Source: an uncultured Alphaproteobacteria bacterium (GTDB taxonomy: Bacteria; Pseudomonadota; Alphaproteobacteria; Rhodobacterales; Rhodobacteraceae). From it: DNA of 64,000 bases. Shown here piece after piece: positions 58,522 to 64,000 of this stretch; position 1 is the stretch's first letter, and every line of letters begins with the position of its first letter. The translations under genes were made by a program, and so were the position numbers. Location of the stretch: NCBI GenBank assembly GCA_963752895.1, contig CAVWAE010000020.1, forward strand, positions 60,878-124,877. The letters are read 5' to 3'. Below the pieces are notes generated by a model, which was given only the letters and a program-made list of their open reading frames with translations, was not told the origin of the DNA and did no database searches.

Positions 58522-59709
58522 ATGAACACCCATATCAGGACCGTGCCGCCCGCGGCGCAGCGTCTACGTCAAAGGCGCCAGCCGCCCCGGGTCGCGATCA
58601 TCCATTACTGGCTGGTTGGCATGCGCGGCGGCGAAAAGGTGCTGGAAGCGCTTTTGCGGATGTTTCCGCAGGCCGACATCTATACCCATGTCTACGATCC
58701 CGCCTCGGTGAGCGATCTGATCCGGTCGAAGAACGTCTACACCACCTCGGTCGGCAAGCTGCCGATGGCGACGAAGTATTATCAGAAATACCTGTCGCTG
58801 ATGCCGCGCGCGCTCGAGGAGATCGACCTCACGGGCTATGACCTCGTCCTGTCGAGCGAATCCGGCCCGGCGAAAGGCGTGATCGCGCCGCCGGACACGC
58901 CGCACATCTGCTACTGCCACTCGCCGATGCGGTATCTGTGGGACCAGTACCACGTCTACCGCGACAGCGCCGGGTTCCTGTCCAAAGCGATGCTGCCACG
59001 CCTCGCGCACCGGCTGCGGAGCTGGGACGTGACCAGCGCCGCGCGGGTCGACACATTCGTCGCCAACTCCACCCATGTGGCGGCCCGGATCGAGAAATAC
59101 TGGCGCCGCGACGCGGTCGTGGTGCACCCGCCGGTGCCGGTTGAGGAGTTCGCGCCGGTCGCGCCCGAAGAGCGCGGCGACTTCTACCTCTGGCTCGGTG
59201 AGCTCGCACCCTACAAGCGGGCGGATCTCGCCATCGAGGCTTTCAACCGGCTGGGCAAGCCGTTCTACATCATCGGCGGCCCCGACGCGACGGCGAAGAG
59301 GCTGGCCGCCGGGGCGAAGGACAATGTCCGCCTGCTCGGCAAACTCCCCTTCGACGAAGTGAAGAGCTACATGGCCAGGGCCAAGGCGCTGATCTTCCCG
59401 GGCGAGGAGGATTTCGGCCTTGTACCCGTCGAAGCCATGGCCGCCGGCCGCCCGGTGATCGCCTACGGGCGCGGCGGCGCGCTCGACACGGTCATCGACC
59501 GGCAGACCGGGCTCTTGTTCCACGAACAAAGCGTCGACGCGATCGTCGACGCGGTGGAAACCTTCGAGGCGGAGGGACTCGACCAACTCGACCCCATGGC
59601 GCTCGCGCGCCACGCGCAGTCCTTCGACGAACACGCCTTCCGGCGCGGTATGTCGGAGATCCTCCTGCAGCACGGTATCAACGTGAAGACCGCGGCCGTT
59701 GCGGGCTGA
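58522..59709 (+). CDS. Family 4 glycosyltransferase
   Basis: ATG behind GAGGA; ..RVAIIHYWLVGMRGGEKVLEAL....ALIFPGEEDFGLVPVEAMAAGRPVIAYGRGGALDTV. Confidence 0.8.
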   Translation: MNTHIRTVPPAAQRLRQRRQPPRVAIIHYWLVGMRGGEKVLEALLRMFPQADIYTHVYDPASVSDLIRSKNVYTTSVGKLPMATKYYQKYLSLMPRALEEIDLTGYDLVLSSESGPAKGVIAPPDTPHICYCHSPMRYLWDQYHVYRDSAGFLSKAMLPRLAHRLRSWDVTSAARVDTFVANSTHVAARIEKYWRRDAVVVHPPVPVEEFAPVAPEERGDFYLWLGELAPYKRADLAIEAFNRLGKPFYIIGGPDATAKRLAAGAKDNVRLLGKLPFDEVKSYMARAKALIFPGEEDFGLVPVEAMAAGRPVIAYGRGGALDTVIDRQTGLLFHEQSVDAIVDAVETFEAEGLDQLDPMALARHAQSFDEHAFRRGMSEILLQHGINVKTAAVAG

Positions 59710-60108
59710 CGCCCGCCGGACCCGAATGACGTGCACGCGCCCCTTTTCCTCCGGCCGACCGCACCCGGCGCGCAGCCCGGCGCCCGCAAGGCGGCCGGCG
59801 CCCGGACATTTTCCGCGGCACCGCGCCAGCGACGCCGCCCATAGCACGCACGGCGGCGCCGTCGCCGCGGACCGCGCGACCGCCGACGGCCATCGTGCCT
59901 GCTTGAAAAGGACACGATCACATCGTAGCACGGCGCCGCGCCCGGCAATTCCCGAAGCGCCGGCTGCACAGGACGCACGCAGATCGTTTCCGTTTCGGAA
60001 CGGATGGCCCGGGGCCCGCGGCGACAGAGATTTGAACCGGCCGCGCACCTTGGTCCTTTCCGGACCGGTCGAAACTGCGGCGCGCAGGGTAAGGACCGTT
60101 TGTCGGGC

Positions 60109-61524
60109 ATGATGAAGAGCCTCAGAGAGCCCTATGTCGTCGGCGTCGCCTCCCGGATTTTCGGGCAGGTCATTGCCTTCGTCGCCGTCGCCGTCGCGTC
60201 GCGCTATCTCGCGCTCGAGGTTTTCGGCACCTATGCGCTCGCCTGGGCCTGGGTGGTGATCGGCAACACCTTCGTCTTCACCGGCTTCTACCAGGCGCTG
60301 TTGCGGTCGAAAAACTTCGAGCGCGACTGCGATACGCTGTTCTGGCTCAACGCCGGCGTCGGCGCCGCCAGCGCCCTTGCGATCGTGCTGTTCGGGTTCA
60401 TCGCCGGCGGGGCCGACACGGTCAAAGGCCTGACACTGCTCGCAATGGCCCCGCTTCCTTTCCTGATCACCCCGCAGGCCTGGTGGGAGGCGCAACTGGT
60501 GCGCGAACAACGGGTGCGCGCGGCAAGCCTCTACGTGCTCGCCGCCGAGGCCAGCGCGCTGGTCGCCACCATCGTGATGCTGCAGATGGGCTACCAGATC
60601 GCCGCGCTGATCGTCCCGCGCTATGTCTCGGTCGCGGTCGGCCTGATGCTCACCTGGGGGTTGGTGCGCCGCCTGCCCCGGTTCGGCTTCCAGCGCGACA
60701 CGACCGGCGATGCCGCGAAGACAGCTGTGCCGCTCTGGGGTTCGTCCATCGTGCATAATTTCCAGATGTATGGCACCGACATCATCCTCGGCGCCTTCGC
60801 CAACCCGGCCATGGTCGGCGCCTATCGCGGCGGCGCGCGGATCGCGGTCACCGCTTCCGACCTGGTGCTCCAGCCGCTCGGCGTTCTCACCTGGTCGCGG
60901 TTCACGCGGATCGAGAAGGACGAGGACGGGACCGGCGCTTTGCGCGAAGCCTGGACCCAGAACATGGCGATCGCCGCCGCCATCCTCTGGCCGCTCAGCG
61001 CCACCGTCGCGCTGCTCGCCGAGCCTCTGGTGGTGACGGTGCTCGACGAGACCTGGCTGCCGGCGGCGGGCGTCGTGGTGATCCTCACGACCTCGCGCGC
61101 GGTGGTGTTTCTCGGCGGGCTGCTGGAACCCACGCTGATGACGACCGGACATGGCCGCACCCAGTTCTACATCCGGGTGTTCGGCGCCGGCGTCCTGCTC
61201 CTGCTCTTGATGATCTTCGCCCGGCACGGCGCGGAACCCGCCGCCTGGGCGCATCTGGCGAGCTCGGTCCTGGTCGCGTCCGCCGCGCTCTGGGCCATGA
61301 TGCGCGTGTTGCGGCTGACGCGCGCCGACTTCCTGCGCACCTTCACGCCCGGGCTGGTGATTACCGCCGCGACCGCCGCCGTGATCCTGGCCACGGCCAC
61401 GCCGCTGGCGGCGCTCGGCGAGGTTGTCGGGCTTGTGCTCTGCCTTGCCGCGGTCGGCGTCGCCTGGCTCGCGCTGATGGTCTTCTTCCTGCACCGCCGC
61501 GCGCTGGTGCTGCCGACACCGTAA
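60109..61524 (+). CDS. Wzx-type (MOP superfamily) polysaccharide flippase
   Basis: 471 aa, about 12 or more TM segments. N-terminal ..IFGQVIAFVAVAVASRYLALEVFGTYALAWAWV.. is typical of polysaccharide biosynthesis (PST) proteins. Confidence 0.7.
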   Translation: MMKSLREPYVVGVASRIFGQVIAFVAVAVASRYLALEVFGTYALAWAWVVIGNTFVFTGFYQALLRSKNFERDCDTLFWLNAGVGAASALAIVLFGFIAGGADTVKGLTLLAMAPLPFLITPQAWWEAQLVREQRVRAASLYVLAAEASALVATIVMLQMGYQIAALIVPRYVSVAVGLMLTWGLVRRLPRFGFQRDTTGDAAKTAVPLWGSSIVHNFQMYGTDIILGAFANPAMVGAYRGGARIAVTASDLVLQPLGVLTWSRFTRIEKDEDGTGALREAWTQNMAIAAAILWPLSATVALLAEPLVVTVLDETWLPAAGVVVILTTSRAVVFLGGLLEPTLMTTGHGRTQFYIRVFGAGVLLLLLMIFARHGAEPAAWAHLASSVLVASAALWAMMRVLRLTRADFLRTFTPGLVITAATAAVILATATPLAALGEVVGLVLCLAAVGVAWLALMVFFLHRRALVLPTP

Positions 61525-61720
61525 GGGCAACCGAAGACCCAGACGACGCCGGGCAGGTCGCCCCCCACGCGGGGAGCCAGCGTTGGCTTTTCGTCAGGGA
61601 CCGCTGCGCTTATCGACTGTCCACCGGGCCACTTATGCGACGTCGTGGGATACCGCCTTTCGGGGCGGTCGGTGTCGCGACCGTCCAGGTGCGGGGAGAC
61701 ATGGCCACCGGGCGCGGGGG

Positions 61721-61763
61721 AAGCGGGTTCGAACCCGCTTGGCAAGGCGTTTCGAAACGCCTT
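61721..61763. terminator. Two consecutive perfect 20-bp palindromes centred on TTCGAA, between convergent genes (candidate bidirectional terminator)
   Basis: AAGCGGGTTCGAACCCGCTT (61721-61740), ggc, AAGGCGTTTCGAAACGCCTT (61744-61763). Both were verified as self-complementary by hand. Confidence 0.5.
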
Positions 61764-61785
61764 CAAAGCGCCCGGAACCGCGGGA

Positions 61786-63330
61786 TTACCCGGCCGGCCT
61801 CGGGGCGCCCAGAACCCGGCGCCGGACATCGATCACAAACCGCCCCGCGGCCGCGTCCAAGTGGTGACAGGCCATGATCCCGTCGTCGAAATCGCCGGTG
61901 ATATGACGCACCCGTCGCTCGGCGTAGCCGTCCATGTCGAGCCGGGTTATCTCCATGACATTGAGCCCGAACCCGTAGAGCCCGTGCGAATTGTCCTGGC
62001 TGGAGCGGTAGAGTTTCCCGTCCTGTTCGAACACCCGGCCCCCACCCCGCGCCGTGGTGGTGTCGATCACCACCGGGTTCAGCGGATGCGGCTCGATCTT
62101 GCCGAGCATCGGGCTGTCGATCCGGAACAGGTGCAGCTCCGCGCCGTGGTCGTTGAAACTGTCATCGCAGATATTGCTGAACATCCACCATTGGCCGTCC
62201 CGCTCGAAGACCACGGTATCGGCCATCGAGACACCCTCGAAGGCGGTCGTCGCAAGCTCCCATCCGGTCGGGAAATCCGTCGCGCGCCAGAGCTCGAGGC
62301 GCTTTGCGGCGTGGGTTTCGGGGATCATCCAGATCTCGCCGTCCCATTGGAAGACGAACGGGTAGGACAGATGGTAAGGCCGTTTCAGCGCGGTCCCGAG
62401 CGGCACCAACCGGTCGCCCTCGATCCGGCCGACGTCGAGATGGCCGAGCCGGGTCTCGTAGTCGAAGACCTCGTAGAACAGATAGAGCGCACCCGCGTGT
62501 TCGAGCAGGAAGGGATCGGCCCAATAGGTGCCGGCGGACGGGGTGAGGGTGACCCCGGTCGCGGGGTCGAAGCTGAGCCCGTCTCCGTGGCCGAGCCGAA
62601 GCTCGAACATCCCCGGACGGCGTCCGACCCGCTCGCTGGCGGCTCTGAGCGTCCGGCTTGCCAGTTCACTCACCGTGCGAAATCCGTAGCCCGGCAGATC
62701 GGCAGGGGCGAAGGGGGTATAGTCGGGAAGCGGCCGGGGCGGCGGACCGTCGAGCGGGCCGGGCGCCGCCGTTTCCGAGCCGGTGTGCGCCAGGCTGGCA
62801 AGCGCCTGGATGACCAGCTGCACCGACTTTTCTCGGATCAGCGCGGCGTTGCGCGTGGCGAGGAACTTGGTGTCGTAGCGGGCGGTAGAGATCGTCTGCG
62901 GCGCCTGCCCGGACAGGTGCCGGTAGAGGGTCACCTCGGTGAAAGGCGCGCGGTCACGGGCTTCGGCGAGACCGGCGTCGGGGGCATAGGCGCTGAGCCG
63001 CCAGACCCCGTCGCGCGCGCCGCCCGCGAGCGCGAGCGCGGCGTCGGTATGGCTGAAATCGACAACCACGTCGCAGCCCGCCGGCAGGGTTTCGGGCAAG
63101 GGCGCGATCTCGGGCATATCGGTCGGGGCCTGGTCCGGCGCGGGGAATGCCCGCGCCTCCAGTTGCAGCGCCTTGTCGACAAACGCGGGGCATGTGTCGA
63201 CCGACGACGGCGCGGCGGCAATCAGGCAAAGCTCGAACCGCGGGTCCTGCGCGATGGCCGTCACGAACCTGCGTTCACCCGGACCGGGCGTTTCCGCTTC
63301 GTCAAGAACGACGCCTATACCGATTCCCAT
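61786..63330 (-). CDS. Two-domain hypothetical protein; the C-terminal half resembles a GH43-like beta-propeller / glucosamine-inositolphosphorylceramide-transferase-like family
   Basis: 514 aa. C-terminal ..YWADPFLLEHAGALYLFYEVFDY..LSYPFVFQWDGEIWMIPET..MADTVVFERDGQWWMFSN... The family assignment is from memory only. Confidence 0.4.
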   Translation of the reverse strand: MGIGIGVVLDEAETPGPGERRFVTAIAQDPRFELCLIAAAPSSVDTCPAFVDKALQLEARAFPAPDQAPTDMPEIAPLPETLPAGCDVVVDFSHTDAALALAGGARDGVWRLSAYAPDAGLAEARDRAPFTEVTLYRHLSGQAPQTISTARYDTKFLATRNAALIREKSVQLVIQALASLAHTGSETAAPGPLDGPPPRPLPDYTPFAPADLPGYGFRTVSELASRTLRAASERVGRRPGMFELRLGHGDGLSFDPATGVTLTPSAGTYWADPFLLEHAGALYLFYEVFDYETRLGHLDVGRIEGDRLVPLGTALKRPYHLSYPFVFQWDGEIWMIPETHAAKRLELWRATDFPTGWELATTAFEGVSMADTVVFERDGQWWMFSNICDDSFNDHGAELHLFRIDSPMLGKIEPHPLNPVVIDTTTARGGGRVFEQDGKLYRSSQDNSHGLYGFGLNVMEITRLDMDGYAERRVRHITGDFDDGIMACHHLDAAAGRFVIDVRRRVLGAPRPAG

Positions 63331-63579
63331 GATTGCCTTTCACCCATCCCGACGGCTCATTCGGCCCGCCCGCTCTGTCTCGATCCGAATATTCGCCCTG
63401 CAGTAGGCCCGGTCAAGGCGGCTGGAATAGGGCGGTGTTTTGTTTCCATTTTGGAGATCGCGGACCCGAACACGCCCCGATCGTTGTCTGAATTCAAGCC
63501 CGCAGCGCGGGCTGTCGCGCATTTCCCCGGCCCGTCCCCCCTGTCTCGTGCGATGCCGGACGGCGCGCGCCGCGCCGGT

Positions 63580-64000
63580 TCAGAAGATGCGGCCCGCCGA
63601 GAGCAGCCGGTTGCCGACGCGCCGGGCCAGTTCCGCATGCTCGGCCTTGCCGGTCTTTCCCGCCGCCGCCTGCGCCGCCTTGCGCAGCTTGCGCGTGAGC
63701 CCGAGCGGGCCCAATCCGCGTTCGACGGAGCCTTCGCACAGACCCCGTGCGCCGTTGGCGAACTCGCTTTTGTAGCGCTCCGACCCGCGCCCGAGGTCGA
63801 CCTCGGAAAACCCCGCCTCGCCGGCATGGCGCAGGGTTTCCATGAGCAGGGTGAGACCCGGCGAATGGCGCTCGAAGGCTGGGTTGTAGGTGGGAAACCA
63901 GCTGTGGATCGTCGTGTTCGTCCGCATCGAGAAATTCACCGCCGCCAGCGCGTCGCCCGCCCAGAGCGCGGAGATCATGCCGCCAAAACCCGGGGCGTCG
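63580..64000 (-). CDS. CelD/BcsL-like GNAT acyltransferase (FemAB-like fold), N-terminus outside the window
   Basis: ..ISALWAGDALAAVNFSMRTNTTIHSWFPTYNPAFERHSPGLTLLMETLRHAGEAGFSEVDLGRGSERYKSEFA... Confidence 0.6.
   Translation of the reverse strand, partial: DAPGFGGMISALWAGDALAAVNFSMRTNTTIHSWFPTYNPAFERHSPGLTLLMETLRHAGEAGFSEVDLGRGSERYKSEFANGARGLCEGSVERGLGPLGLTRKLRKAAQAAAGKTGKAEHAELARRVGNRLLSAGRIF

Noticed and set aside
61721-61740. tRNA-like T-arm sequence GCGGGTTCGAACCCGC, suggesting a tRNA gene or tRNA fragment.
   Set aside because: No matching acceptor stem, anticodon arm or D-arm could be found within 80 nt upstream. The sequence is a perfect 20-bp palindrome and is followed by a second palindrome of the same design, so it is reported as a hairpin pair instead.

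Overview
High-GC, alphaproteobacterium-like (Rhodobacterales-style) chromosomal segment dominated by cell-surface glycan and secretion genes. All calls come from reading the ORF track and DNA by eye; no searches were run. Order of content: (1) 1-6280, dppB/dppA-like ABC and dctPQM TRAP transporter genes, all broken by frame switches. (2) 7011-15745, glycan locus 1: rmlA, priming sugar transferase, a Walker-A-degenerate BY-kinase-like ATPase, a kinase-less PCP/Wzz protein, GT4, GT2 and a secreted GH-like protein. (3) 15850-27436, a tightly coupled minus-strand operon of type I PKS, GT2, formyltransferase-like/A/PCP NRPS and EntD-type PPTase, running on into the GH and GT2 genes. (4) 28031-32244, a WecB/TagA-type GT, a GT2 and rmlD-rmlB-rmlC. 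(5) 32567-38118, tamB-tamA. (6) 38327-47300, a small hypothetical gene, a pseudo-receiver LuxR regulator and a long AT-richer control region. These are followed by two very acidic, repeat-bearing, non-RTX proteins and then a PrtD-type ABC and HlyD adaptor (type I secretion). (7) 47513-48526, an ornithine cyclodeaminase-family gene. (8) 49467-64000, glycan locus 2 of Wzx/Wzy type: ExoY-like primer, GTs, secreted GH, Wzy, ExoP-like PCP-kinase, Wzx, a 514-aa two-domain protein and a CelD-like acyltransferase. The best candidates for something undescribed are the T1SS cassette with its QxN..DxD-repeat acidic cargo, and the glycine-priming NRPS-PKS-GT operon embedded in a polysaccharide locus. Small-scale structure is also reported: CTAGGGG octamer tandem repeats, a GTTTC-N7-GAAAC palindrome family and twin 20-bp palindromes. 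No tRNA/rRNA, CRISPR array, transposase or integrase was seen.
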